Virus record (IMG/VR): IMGVR_UViG_3300044724_009327
Location: 1 to 60,263 of that record
DNA length: 60,263 nt
Strand: one strand, 5' to 3'
Source of the DNA: a virus
Taxonomy: Duplodnaviria > Caudoviricetes
Every line of letters begins with the position of its first letter. Positions within the stretch are counted from its first letter, which is position 1. Shown here in pieces: positions 28,290 to 37,331 of the stretch. The notes below the pieces were generated by a model. That model did not search any database. It saw only the letters and a list, made by a program, of their open reading frames with translations, and had not been told where the DNA came from. The position numbers and the translations under genes are program-made.

Positions 28290-28317
28290 ATTATAGCATG
28301 ATTTCCAAATACGTCAA
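28290..28317 (-). promoter_or_regulatory. Sigma70-type early promoter
   Basis: TTGACG-16-TATAAT with TG extension. Confidence 0.7.
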
Positions 28318-28358
28318 CCAAAGTTGATCTTGCTAGAAGTGTTGATTTTGCTAGGTTT

Positions 28359-28649
28359 TTATAGTATGGTCTTGATAAATCCTATGCCATCTATGCCCAG
28401 ATATACCAAATACATGACAGTGAAGCCAAAACTTCTACGACTGAAAGCACCATACATCAGGAACACCGTGGCAATCAGGAAAAAGATATAGGCAACGAAC
28501 ATCGGTGGGTTTGGTGAATACCACATCAGGATCAACGAAGCGATCAGATTGGATATCATTCCAATTACTTCGCAACAGAATCTTCTAGGATTAGATGTGT
28601 AATCCTCTTTGATCCATTCTAGTGTTGATTTTCTTCCTATCCTTGCCAT
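28359..28649 (-). CDS. Small multi-pass membrane protein
   Basis: Three hydrophobic helices; TAAATA 5 nt before ATG. Confidence 0.6.
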   Translation of the reverse strand: MARIGRKSTLEWIKEDYTSNPRRFCCEVIGMISNLIASLILMWYSPNPPMFVAYIFFLIATVFLMYGAFSRRSFGFTVMYLVYLGIDGIGFIKTIL

Positions 28650-28660
28650 GAAACTATTTA

Positions 28661-29023
28661 CTAGTTTCTACGCATTGTGGATATCTCCTTGGCGCCTTCT
28701 TCGTCCCACACAGGAACAAGATTTGATTTATGCATCATCCCAATGCCAAGCAATTTTCTTTTGCCTGAATACTGCATTTGTTCTTTCTTGCCGCCGCCTG
28801 TGCCTACAGGTATCTTGTCACTGCACTTGGGTTGATTGGGATCAGGTGCATACTTGGGTATGTCAAATCCTTTGAAGTTCTTTAGTCTTTTCTTGAGAGT
28901 TTTCTCATCAAGTCCTTGAGATTCTAACCATTTATTGTGTTCGGCTAGGGCATCTCTATTTCTTTTAGAGTTCTCAATCTTGTGCTTGATTCTTTTAGGT
29001 AGTTTCAACTGTATGAATCCCAT
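28661..29023 (-). CDS. Phage-type hypothetical protein
   Basis: C-terminal YSG..GIG-x2-HKSNLVPV motif; own TTGACA-17-TATAAT promoter. Confidence 0.65.
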   Translation of the reverse strand: MGFIQLKLPKRIKHKIENSKRNRDALAEHNKWLESQGLDEKTLKKRLKNFKGFDIPKYAPDPNQPKCSDKIPVGTGGGKKEQMQYSGKRKLLGIGMMHKSNLVPVWDEEGAKEISTMRRN

Positions 29024-29037
29024 AGTTTATTATACTA

Positions 29038-29688
29038 TTAAGGTAATTTATTGTCAACTATCGCTTGTAATATAATTTCTGCGTAGTCTGGATTGGTGCT
29101 CCAAGCACTCATTCTTACCATCAGTGCCCTATAATCCCACTTGCCTCGATCTATTTGACTTTCTCTTTCTATCCTGAAGTCCTTGTATGCTGGGTGATTG
29201 TTCAATATCCTGATCATGTCTTTGACCGATTGACATTTTGTTGTGTACTTCTTGACACCCCATAGGGCATCTGGATTACCTAGTGCTTTCATCCTGGGTG
29301 TGTTCTTGTCCCAGGTCCTCACACCAAATAGTGCATTGCCTTCTGTGGCAAATCTGCTTGTACCCCAACCTGATTCTATGCCCGCCATTGCAATAACAAT
29401 GGCAGTGGGCACCCTGCTCATCCGGTCTGTGGTGTAATTTAGATATTCAACACATTTTTTCGTTGATGTCAAAAATGTTGGTTTGTCTGTGTATTCGAAT
29501 TCCGGTTCCGTCAATCCAAGCATCTGCACTTGGCTCAATTCTTTTTCATGGAACTCGTCCTCTATCTTTTCTACCGTCCAACTGTTAGGATAAAATGTAC
29601 CACTCACAAATGATCCACCTATAATAACTGTGATCAGTACGATAGTGAGTGCTATCCATTTGATTGTGTTGTTGGAATTCTTGTTCAT
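29038..29688 (-). CDS. Glucosaminidase (GH73/Bax-like) peptidoglycan hydrolase
   Basis: AMAGIESGWGTSRFA-x-EGNALFG, LNNHPAY, WSTNPDY; N-terminal TM. Confidence 0.85.
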   Translation of the reverse strand: MNKNSNNTIKWIALTIVLITVIIGGSFVSGTFYPNSWTVEKIEDEFHEKELSQVQMLGLTEPEFEYTDKPTFLTSTKKCVEYLNYTTDRMSRVPTAIVIAMAGIESGWGTSRFATEGNALFGVRTWDKNTPRMKALGNPDALWGVKKYTTKCQSVKDMIRILNNHPAYKDFRIERESQIDRGKWDYRALMVRMSAWSTNPDYAEIILQAIVDNKLP

Positions 29689-29790
29689 GTTGTCCTATTT
29701 GATGATGCGTGTGGACCGAGATTTTTTTGCATATGGCCTCTTTGGCACTCTATGAACTCAAGTCCACTTGCTTTTGGACGCATCGTCAAT

Positions 29791-30144
29791 TTATACTGCA
29801 ACTTTCTGTTCTGTTGCTGTTTCTGTAGTTTCCGCTTCGTACTTAACTTTGTACTCTGCTTCTGCATTTCTCATAGCATTGTTCCAATCTGCCTTAGACA
29901 AACCTGTGAACCTTGTTATGATACCATCACTCATGATCTTGAATGACCCACATAACTTGTGTGAACTGTCTTCTGCAATCTTATGCACTACACCTGTAGC
30001 CTTACCATCTGCGTTTTCTCTGCCCATGATATACATATAGTTTCCAGATTTACCTCTCCACTTGTTATTGGTCTGCGTGTCTTCTTGGCATCTAGATCTA
30101 ATCTGATCTAAAACCAAACTTGCTTTTGCTGAACATTTATACAT
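29791..30144 (-). CDS. Early hypothetical protein
   Basis: AGGAG SD and promoter at 30171-30198. Confidence 0.65.
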   Translation of the reverse strand: MYKCSAKASLVLDQIRSRCQEDTQTNNKWRGKSGNYMYIMGRENADGKATGVVHKIAEDSSHKLCGSFKIMSDGIITRFTGLSKADWNNAMRNAEAEYKVKYEAETTETATEQKVAV

Positions 30145-30170
30145 AACGTATTTCTCCTTTTGTTACCACT

Positions 30171-30198
30171 ATTATAACAGGTAATGGTAAACGGTCAA
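30171..30198 (-). promoter_or_regulatory. Sigma70-type early promoter
   Basis: TTGACC-16-TATAAT with TG extension. Confidence 0.7.
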
Positions 30199-30217
30199 CC
30201 GGCCAAAAAACCAGCAT

Positions 30218-31363
30218 TTATGCGGAGTTTGTGTCTGACCCTGGCAGTAATTCTGTAGAAACTGGTTTTACACGTATTGGTTTTGTCCAAACTCCGGCGA
30301 CGTGTATCACTTCTTCTCCTGAGTATGTCCTTTCCGGATCGGCATCTCCTAACTCGTAGAAGTCACTCCTTAAATTTTTCTTGATGTCTTGTCCATATTC
30401 TGCGTACAAGTTTGTGATACCTTGTCTGTCATTGTATTTTCTGTATTCTTCTACCCTGGTACCGGCAGGATCGCTTAATTTTGGTTTTGAAGAATTTAAC
30501 ACAGGGTTTAGGCCTTCGTACCCACAGAATGCTAGAATGAAGTTGTACCACTTGCTGTCTGCTCTTTGTACATCCTCTAACCATTGTTTCGTTATCTTTG
30601 TTTTCTCTATTCTCGCGACCTCCTCTATTGCACGTATGTGTAGGTGAGTGAGTTTGATCTGTATTTCTGGGACGTCATCGCTGAGCCAAAACCAAACCAT
30701 GTCTCCTTTTTCGAAGTTCCAATGGCAGTCACTGAACATGGCATCATTTACTGTCCAGTTCCACCAGCCATCCTTTATCACCAAATGTGGTTTTTCTTTT
30801 CCAAAAACGTATCCGTTTTTCTCAGGCACATCCAAACTGAAAATACAGTTGTCATTTCCAAACATCCAAGCCATGCCTGTGTTTTGTAATGCTGTACCGA
30901 CATGTCCGTGATATATCTTGAGAGCCTTTTCAAACTCCTTCTGAGACATGTCATGAGCGTGATGAGTCTTGAATTCTGTCACGTTGTCCAGTTTTGCTAC
31001 TCTCTCGAAGTCTTTCTTGTTGTGATCATAAAGATCATTTGTGAATTTTGATATGGTTGAGGTCGCCATGTGGTGCACTGCAATTTTTACATTTGTCCTT
31101 ATGAAACTTCTCAGCACTGTTTGACTGTCTGTGCCTCCACTGTATCTCAGTTCCAGTCTGTCATACCTGTCACGTAGTATCCTGGCGTTCATGTCTGCGT
31201 AGTGATTGATGTGTAGTGGCGGTTCCTTACGCCACAGTGCGGGGTTGTCTATGAATTTGTATTTTAATTTGAGCTCGAGGCTCTGGCTGGTATCCTTTGT
31301 GAATGCCGCCAGAGCATCGACGTTGGTATAGTAAATGTTTTTTCCTACTTGGTAGTAAAGCAT
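30218..31363 (-). CDS. PP-loop-like (adenine nucleotide alpha hydrolase) protein
   Basis: LRYSGGTDS motif. Confidence 0.55.
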   Translation of the reverse strand: MLYYQVGKNIYYTNVDALAAFTKDTSQSLELKLKYKFIDNPALWRKEPPLHINHYADMNARILRDRYDRLELRYSGGTDSQTVLRSFIRTNVKIAVHHMATSTISKFTNDLYDHNKKDFERVAKLDNVTEFKTHHAHDMSQKEFEKALKIYHGHVGTALQNTGMAWMFGNDNCIFSLDVPEKNGYVFGKEKPHLVIKDGWWNWTVNDAMFSDCHWNFEKGDMVWFWLSDDVPEIQIKLTHLHIRAIEEVARIEKTKITKQWLEDVQRADSKWYNFILAFCGYEGLNPVLNSSKPKLSDPAGTRVEEYRKYNDRQGITNLYAEYGQDIKKNLRSDFYELGDADPERTYSGEEVIHVAGVWTKPIRVKPVSTELLPGSDTNSA

Positions 31364-31377
31364 TCACTATCCTCCGA

Positions 31378-32286
31378 TTACATCAAGTCCAATAGGCCTT
31401 GGTGCCAGTTCGTAAGAAACTTCAACTGTTTGTTTCTTGAGAGTTGAACTTCTGCTGGTAGTGGTCTAGGATCTCCGTTCACTTCAAAGTAAGCCGGAAG
31501 TTCTTTACTACCGTGTATCTTTTTAGCGAGAGCACCGGCTTCCTTCATTGACATGTTGAAAGCAACGAAAACAGGGTAAGTGTTCTTGTCTGCGATATCA
31601 CTAGAACTGAACTCAGCAAAGTTTGTGTACTGTGTTTCGTTCACATCTGTTGATGCGAAACAATCCATCCAATCTCTGTTCTGTCCAGCGTAAAGATAAT
31701 CTACCTCTCCACTCTGTAGAGCAGGCAAGTATTTCCTACTGCTACTGTAAGGGATTATCTTGGCAGTTGGGTTGGCTTTTAATATAACATCAGCGGCCTG
31801 GCCTTTGTAGATTCCATTTCCATTGATACCCACTCTTATGCCTTTGCCGTTTATGAAGTCATCAAGTCCACGACCTTCTGCACCTTTCACGTGACAAGCA
31901 TGGTATGGGAAACTGTAAGCGATACTCACTATGTTTTCCATCTCCATGTGGCATGGATTCTGTTTTCCATCCTCGGTTGGTACGTTTGTTGAGAACCAGT
32001 CCCAGATACCAAACACTTTCTCGTCTGTGTTTTTAAGGTAGTCGATCATCTTCGCACAACCTCTGATTGCCTTTACTTCTCCATAAGAGTCACCTAGTAG
32101 AGGAATCAGTACTGATTGATTCATTCTGTCATATGCTCCACCTGGTCTGTAGTAAAGTAAAACATTCACATCACCCGAGCCTTTTTCCCAACTGGGTTGG
32201 TCATCAGCAAAAGAAGAGGTAAATGTCATAGTCAATATCGTGAACACGAGTGTGATCATAGATATCATTTTTTTCATGTTTATCAT
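31378..32286 (-). CDS. Divergent TctC/Bug-like periplasmic binding protein
   Basis: Signal peptide, YRPGGAYD, IPYSS...ALQSGEVD; adjacent to TctA-like gene. Confidence 0.65.
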   Translation of the reverse strand: MINMKKMISMITLVFTILTMTFTSSFADDQPSWEKGSGDVNVLLYYRPGGAYDRMNQSVLIPLLGDSYGEVKAIRGCAKMIDYLKNTDEKVFGIWDWFSTNVPTEDGKQNPCHMEMENIVSIAYSFPYHACHVKGAEGRGLDDFINGKGIRVGINGNGIYKGQAADVILKANPTAKIIPYSSSRKYLPALQSGEVDYLYAGQNRDWMDCFASTDVNETQYTNFAEFSSSDIADKNTYPVFVAFNMSMKEAGALAKKIHGSKELPAYFEVNGDPRPLPAEVQLSRNKQLKFLTNWHQGLLDLM

Positions 32287-32316
32287 TTGTTTTTTCCTTT
32301 TATTGTTAGTGTTACT

Positions 32317-33651
32317 TTAATAGAAAGATTGTAGTCTATAAACCCCTTCTAAGAAAATATCGTGTAACACAAAACCATAAATCAATGGCATTGTATTGAA
32401 TCTCCTGATCAAGTATCCGAACGGTAAGAGGCAAGCCAGTATTACCATATTGTCCCACCCTGCGAATGTCTTCTGTGCTGTCGTGTAGCAAATGATCAAC
32501 AATAGCACAAAGATTCCCGAATAGAATACTTTTAAATTAAGTCCTGAAAATACCTTCAGGAAGTTGACATACTTCCCTGCTATGAACAGTCCCAGTATAC
32601 TGCTGAGTGCGAAACCTATCAGCACTATCTCATACAGGCTCTGGAAGAATGCCACTGTTGGCACCATTCCCTGGAATAGAAGTATGTTGTATACCAGTGC
32701 AGTACTGGCAGTGATTGGTATACCTGCAAAAATCATGGGCACCATGGAAGTGTAGACGCCTGCGTTGTTTGACGTTTCCGCCGCCACAAGACAGTTCACA
32801 TCACCTTTCTCGTTGTAGATACCTTTCCTCTTTCTCAACATCAGTTCTGTGATGTATGCAAGTTTTGTAGAAAGTCCCCAACTCACACCTGGCACAAATC
32901 CCGCCAGTGCACCTATCACACTGCTTCTGGCCAATGTGGATTTCATTTTAGTCAACATGGTACGAGCGGCCGACACGTATCCACTGATGGTAACTCCATC
33001 GAATTCTATCTTGCCACTGTTGTTCCATGCCTTTGCGAACACAGGCACAACGAACAAGGATATCATCACTGGCAAGAGGTCTATGCCTGCGTACAGTGAG
33101 TTGATTCCGAATGTGGCAAAGTCCCATCCTCCGTAGAAATCATGGTAACCTACCATTGCCAGCAGATTGCCTGCCATCCAGAACAAGAAACTTATCCAAA
33201 TCTTGTTTCCTGAGAAAATTATAATTGTGATACAAGCGATGCTCAACAGGAACACCTGAATGTGTGTGTTAAACATCTGGTAGAAAATATCTAGCATCGG
33301 TAGTGAGAGGTGTATCAACACTATTGCAAACATGCTGGCTATGAAACTTCCAATGGCCGCTGTCATTATTGCCTCTGATCCTCTGCCATTCTGGAACATA
33401 GAATGTCCTTCTTGTAGAGCTGGCAGACTGGTGTTGCTACCTGGTATGGCGAATACCGTGGCACTCACACTGCCAAAATACTGATGCACACTAGCAAGGC
33501 TGATGTACATGAACATTATGCTGACTGGATCCCAGGTCAATAACAGTGGGAAAACTAAAAGTATAGAAACAAATACATTCAGTCCGGGTATGATTCCGGA
33601 AATGACTCCGAGGCTTGATCCCACAATGAATGCTAATACTAATTCAAACAT
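32317..33651 (-). CDS. TctA-family tripartite tricarboxylate transporter permease
   Basis: Multi-TM; GIIPG, AIPG, GFVPG, AAETSNNA, GIP motifs. Confidence 0.82.
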   Translation of the reverse strand: MFELVLAFIVGSSLGVISGIIPGLNVFVSILLVFPLLLTWDPVSIMFMYISLASVHQYFGSVSATVFAIPGSNTSLPALQEGHSMFQNGRGSEAIMTAAIGSFIASMFAIVLIHLSLPMLDIFYQMFNTHIQVFLLSIACITIIIFSGNKIWISFLFWMAGNLLAMVGYHDFYGGWDFATFGINSLYAGIDLLPVMISLFVVPVFAKAWNNSGKIEFDGVTISGYVSAARTMLTKMKSTLARSSVIGALAGFVPGVSWGLSTKLAYITELMLRKRKGIYNEKGDVNCLVAAETSNNAGVYTSMVPMIFAGIPITASTALVYNILLFQGMVPTVAFFQSLYEIVLIGFALSSILGLFIAGKYVNFLKVFSGLNLKVFYSGIFVLLLIICYTTAQKTFAGWDNMVILACLLPFGYLIRRFNTMPLIYGFVLHDIFLEGVYRLQSFY

Positions 33652-33701
33652 GTCTTATGAGTATAACATACCCTCCGATATCCAGTCAACATTGTTAATT
33701 G

Positions 33702-33805
33702 ATGTTAGTGGAGGGGTTCCACATAGGGCGGGCCTTTTAAAACCTGGATTTCTTCCAATCCAGCAGGTCCGTTTGGTCCCACGTCATCTGAACGATGGCG
33801 TTACA
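33702..33805 (-). ncRNA. Unidentified structured RNA, copy B
   Basis: Homologous to 16316-16419; TAAATA at 33811-33816. Confidence 0.6.
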
Positions 33806-33820
33806 GGAGATATTTATTGA

Positions 33821-34279
33821 TTATTTTAACTTCTTGAGCATTTCTGATTCTGCTCTTGCTTTCCACTTGGCCTGTTCGGCTTTCTCTTCATCGGAAAGTT
33901 CTCTCCTGACAAATCCTGGCTCTTCTTTTTGTTCTTCATCTTCGACTTTGGTAGGAGCCTCCATCGGCATGCCACAGTTGTTGAACCATCTGTTGTCTGC
34001 TGTTTGATAACACACAGAGTAGAATGAATTTCCATCCATGCCTTTTACTAGTCTACGTTTTTTGTGTATCTTGCCTGTGTACTCTGAAAAATCTTTTTGT
34101 ATCAGTCTGTGTGTGCCATGTATTGAACCATACAATCTATCTATGTATATTGGGTTACCTTTGGCATCTTCACCATATTGGTTAGAGACCACTGTGAATT
34201 TTTGTTCAAACCTTTTTGGTGCTGAATCTGTTATCTTGCCCAGTCCCTCTAGTAATTTTTTTGTTTTGTCGCTTGGCAT
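33821..34279 (-). CDS. Hypothetical protein
   Basis: 152-aa ORF. Confidence 0.6.
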   Translation of the reverse strand: MPSDKTKKLLEGLGKITDSAPKRFEQKFTVVSNQYGEDAKGNPIYIDRLYGSIHGTHRLIQKDFSEYTGKIHKKRRLVKGMDGNSFYSVCYQTADNRWFNNCGMPMEAPTKVEDEEQKEEPGFVRRELSDEEKAEQAKWKARAESEMLKKLK

Positions 34280-34295
34280 AATGCTTTATATAGTT

Positions 34296-34448
34296 GAAGA
34301 CAAACAATCCAGGGACAACTTGGAACAGCCTCGACACACACCGCTAGCCAGTATGAGCCTATCCATCCATCATCGACGTAGAGCGTCTCCAAAGTTTAGA
34401 TTACAAACGAGATACTGCCCATTTGCCGCTTCTGGATTGTTTGCTTTC
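34296..34448 (-). ncRNA. Putative rod-shaped ncRNA (~150 nt; 6S-like architecture)
   Basis: 12-bp perfect terminal stem CAAACAATCCAG/CTGGATTGTTTG, continued by G-U-containing stems on the minus strand; own promoter. Confidence 0.5.
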
Positions 34449-34452
34449 TTAA

Positions 34453-34480
34453 ATTATACACTTTTAACAATATTAGTCAA
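34453..34480 (-). promoter_or_regulatory. Sigma70-type promoter
   Basis: TTGACT-16-TATAAT. Confidence 0.7.
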
Positions 34481-35000
34481 CCACGCCCAACATCTTGAAG
34501 TGATCCTGTATGGTGTATGAGTCCAGATCCACCATATTGCCACGCACATCCTTTATCATTTTGGTGTATCCTGCTAACTTGTATCTACGGAATGGGTACT
34601 CCCAATTACCCGCCTGTTGCCAGTCCCCTTCTAGTATGTGCTTGTCGGTGTCGTCAATCAGGCACAATGGCATCTGTAACACTAGTTCGGCTGATATCTT
34701 GTCGTGTAGGTATGCAGTGATTATTTTGTTCTGAGGTATCACATGCTCTAGGTGTTGTTTGCCTTCCATGTCCTGTGCTTTGTAATGATACCCCATGGGG
34801 GCCAACTGTTTCTGCATGGACCTTATGTAAAGAACCAAAGAAGTCTTTATGTGTTTCTTTGTGGCCTGGCTCCATTGATCATTGAACAGGTCTGCTTTCA
34901 TGTGATCAATATATTCTGCCAGTTCTTTTAATTCAGGTCTATCCTTTGCCTTGAAGTTTATCTCAGGTAGGTTAGTAAGGCTTTGGAAGTCTATCATCAA
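34473..35000 (-). CDS. Hypothetical protein with HNH-like EHVIP motif
   Basis: HLEHVIP; RRYK-x-AG. Confidence 0.5.
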   Translation of the reverse strand: MMIDFQSLTNLPEINFKAKDRPELKELAEYIDHMKADLFNDQWSQATKKHIKTSLVLYIRSMQKQLAPMGYHYKAQDMEGKQHLEHVIPQNKIITAYLHDKISAELVLQMPLCLIDDTDKHILEGDWQQAGNWEYPFRRYKLAGYTKMIKDVRGNMVDLDSYTIQDHFKMLGVVD

Positions 35001-35163
35001 ACTGCTCCTTTGTTATCATTTCCATTACAACTGCATCTGCACCATTGTCATAGTGTTCCCACACTGCCTCGATGATGTCTTTGTATGGCAAACCATATCC
35101 GTATTCTTCCGTCTTGTTATTTTTAGTCACAAGACAGATGTAATAACTTAATTTACTTGACAT
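34972..35163 (-). CDS. Small hypothetical protein
   Basis: Overlap-coupled between neighbours. Confidence 0.55.
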   Translation of the reverse strand: MSSKLSYYICLVTKNNKTEEYGYGLPYKDIIEAVWEHYDNGADAVVMEMITKEQFDDRLPKPY

Positions 35164-36229
35164 ACTTGTTGAAGGCCGTTTGTGCTTCTGACTCAGATGC
35201 TATGTCACCGTCCTCAAGTTTCAGTGTGACGTTCGGCATGTAACTTGGTTCGAACGTTCCGTCTTCTATGAGATACACTTCTCTCAACATATGGCTCATT
35301 GCCACTGGTGCGTCCCAGCCAACACCGTTTGCGTGTTGCCATTGTTTCTTTGTGGCAGTGTGTATAAGTGTTGCACTTGGACAAACTTTCTTTGCTGTCT
35401 CAAGCATCTTGGTCATCCATTCTAGTGGGAGTCTTTTTAATCTTTTCGCTTCGGCACCCATCTGATACTGCTTCATCAGTCCAATGAACAGACCTTGGTT
35501 GATCTCTCCACCATCCTCGTCACCGTACACGGTCTTAATTGCCAACAGAGCATCACGTAGTCCCTGTTCACCTGCCATCTTGATTCCTTTGTATGCATAA
35601 TCAAAATGTGAGAAGTAATGCTTGTTTGGTCCACACTTGCCTGGGCTCTTCCTCACACGTTTGGGCTCTAGGTCAATCTCACACTCGTCGAACACTTTCT
35701 GTACTGCGTGTGCTGTCGCCACCCGTTCTGTTTCCGTTTCTCCCATTTTGAACCTGTGTAATAGGCATCTGTGTATCTCTTCTGTGCCTGCTCTCAATAT
35801 GCCTGAGTCGTTGACTATCTCGAATGCTTCTGCATCAAAGGCCGGCTCGTCGGTTTCTACTATTGTTACTGGTATCTTTGTCCAACCTAGGAGTGCTAGA
35901 GCAACTGCCCTATGCTGTCCGTCGAAAATGTATAGTGTCTCTCCATCTGATCTCTTCACCGCTGACACAGGACAACAGACCCTGGGGTCAAACTTCTTCA
36001 TTATGTTCATGACGTGTCCTGCCCTCACATCTCTCTGTACCGAGTAATTGAATGCGAAGTGCTCCAATGGGTGATCTTCAACACCTCTCGGCAACAATCT
36101 GCCCTTTGCTATCTGATTCTGTAGATTTACTTTTGATTCTGCTAGTTTGCTCGTCCAGTTTGGGACGTCTTGTGGTGCTTCTCTTTTTACTTCTTCGACC
36201 ACGTCTAGAAGCATTTTTACCTTGCTCAT
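35153..36229 (-). CDS. ParB/Srx-fold protein with DGQHR motif
   Basis: VQRD..., YIFDGQHRAVAL; start MSKVKM with AGGAG SD. Confidence 0.7.
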   Translation of the reverse strand: MSKVKMLLDVVEEVKREAPQDVPNWTSKLAESKVNLQNQIAKGRLLPRGVEDHPLEHFAFNYSVQRDVRAGHVMNIMKKFDPRVCCPVSAVKRSDGETLYIFDGQHRAVALALLGWTKIPVTIVETDEPAFDAEAFEIVNDSGILRAGTEEIHRCLLHRFKMGETETERVATAHAVQKVFDECEIDLEPKRVRKSPGKCGPNKHYFSHFDYAYKGIKMAGEQGLRDALLAIKTVYGDEDGGEINQGLFIGLMKQYQMGAEAKRLKRLPLEWMTKMLETAKKVCPSATLIHTATKKQWQHANGVGWDAPVAMSHMLREVYLIEDGTFEPSYMPNVTLKLEDGDIASESEAQTAFNKYVK

Positions 36230-36303
36230 AATATCTCCTATAGTTAATGAGTGCAATCCAGAGCAGAATTCCTACGATAGGATAAACTCCAAATTACTCA
36301 ACT

Positions 36304-36331
36304 ATTATAGCAGATTTATGTGTGAAGTCAA
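36304..36331 (-). promoter_or_regulatory. Sigma70-type early promoter
   Basis: TTGACT-16-TATAAT with TG extension. Confidence 0.7.
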
Positions 36332-36332
36332 C

Positions 36333-36545
36333 CTACGCAGAATTGACGTCTTGCTTGAGTTCACAGGTGTGGCCGTTCTTCTCTATGATGAATCCCACAT
36401 TAGTCATGCCATCCAAAAGGGCCTTTTCCTTCTCGGCCGCGACTGTCATGCATTCGTCCATGGTATCGTAGTATTTCATGGGATCTTGCTGGAAAACAGT
36501 ACATGGGTTGCCCAGGGCACAGATTATCACGACTACCTTGAACAT
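36333..36545 (-). CDS. Small four-Cys protein
   Basis: Paralog-like to 37629-37838. Confidence 0.6.
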   Translation of the reverse strand: MFKVVVIICALGNPCTVFQQDPMKYYDTMDECMTVAAEKEKALLDGMTNVGFIIEKNGHTCELKQDVNSA

Positions 36546-36553
36546 ACTAATAG

Positions 36554-36838
36554 TTACCTCATTCGCTTCTTGCCCAGTAGGTCCCGTACGGTGTCCTTGC
36601 AGGCGTCATGCCAGTATCTTCCGGACTCCCTGAGTGCGTCATTGGCTGATCTCAGTTGTTCCATGATCCTCTCCACCTGTTTGTGCTTGGCCCGTGTAAG
36701 TGGTCTGGATTTCTCCTGTGCCTTGTCAATGATGTCCAACACCTTGTCTATCTGAGGACAGGTGATGTCTGGAACTCGGGGGGCCTTCTTACGTATTCGC
36801 GACCAGTAGGTGGTCCGCTTCCTTGGTTTGGTTGGCAA
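36554..36838 (-). CDS. Basic hypothetical protein
   Basis: GGAG SD, TTG start, PDITCP motif. Confidence 0.55.
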   Translation of the reverse strand: MPTKPRKRTTYWSRIRKKAPRVPDITCPQIDKVLDIIDKAQEKSRPLTRAKHKQVERIMEQLRSANDALRESGRYWHDACKDTVRDLLGKKRMR

Positions 36839-36897
36839 TAGCGTCTCCCTTGATACAGTTATTTACTGACCATGGAGTGCTTTATGAAGTGCTAGTA

Positions 36898-37065
36898 TTA
36901 CTTGATGCCGTGACGCTTCTCGTGTTTGCGATGTCCTTGGTGTCTGCCCATGTAGTACTCACCGGGCTCGTAGTCCCAGACCTTGCCGTGGTGTCCACGC
37001 CAGTCCGCCCAGGCCATTCTTGCTTTTACTAGTAATTTAACTAATGGGTTCCTACTTGTTCTCAC
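36898..37065 (-). CDS. 55-aa His/Arg-rich peptide (not in ORF track)
   Basis: GTG start; ...ARMAWADWRGHHGKVWDYEPGEYYMGRHQGHRKHEKRHGIK. Confidence 0.5.
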   Translation of the reverse strand: MRTSRNPLVKLLVKARMAWADWRGHHGKVWDYEPGEYYMGRHQGHRKHEKRHGIK

Positions 37066-37072
37066 TTGTCTT

Positions 37073-37276
37073 CTAACGCCCTATCTTTTTCTTTCTACCT
37101 AGTGGTATTTTTTGGTCTTTGACAAAAACTTCTCCTGCCTTCGTCGTCCACTCAATAGTTACCATCTTGGCTTTAGAACCGCCCTGAAATGACTTCACGG
37201 CTTTCTTGTAGGACAAGGCCTCGACATCTTTGGTCTCTGTTCCGTCTGTGATCTTGAATATTCTGTTTTTTGGCAT
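37073..37276 (-). CDS. Small basic hypothetical protein
   Basis: Probable start MPKNRIF at 37276; divergent from tmRNA. Confidence 0.6.
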   Translation of the reverse strand: MPKNRIFKITDGTETKDVEALSYKKAVKSFQGGSKAKMVTIEWTTKAGEVFVKDQKIPLGRKKKIGR

Positions 37277-37297
37277 ATACCTTAATTTAGCATAGAA

Positions 37298-37326
37298 TTG
37301 ACAGAACGTCAACCTTAAGGTATAAT
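37298..37326 (+). promoter_or_regulatory. Consensus sigma70 promoter of tmRNA
   Basis: Exact TTGACA-17-TATAAT. Confidence 0.88.
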
Positions 37327-37331
37327 TATGT

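Noticed and set aside
34296-34448. SRP (4.5S) RNA
   Set aside because: No GNRA-capped domain IV motif recognisable
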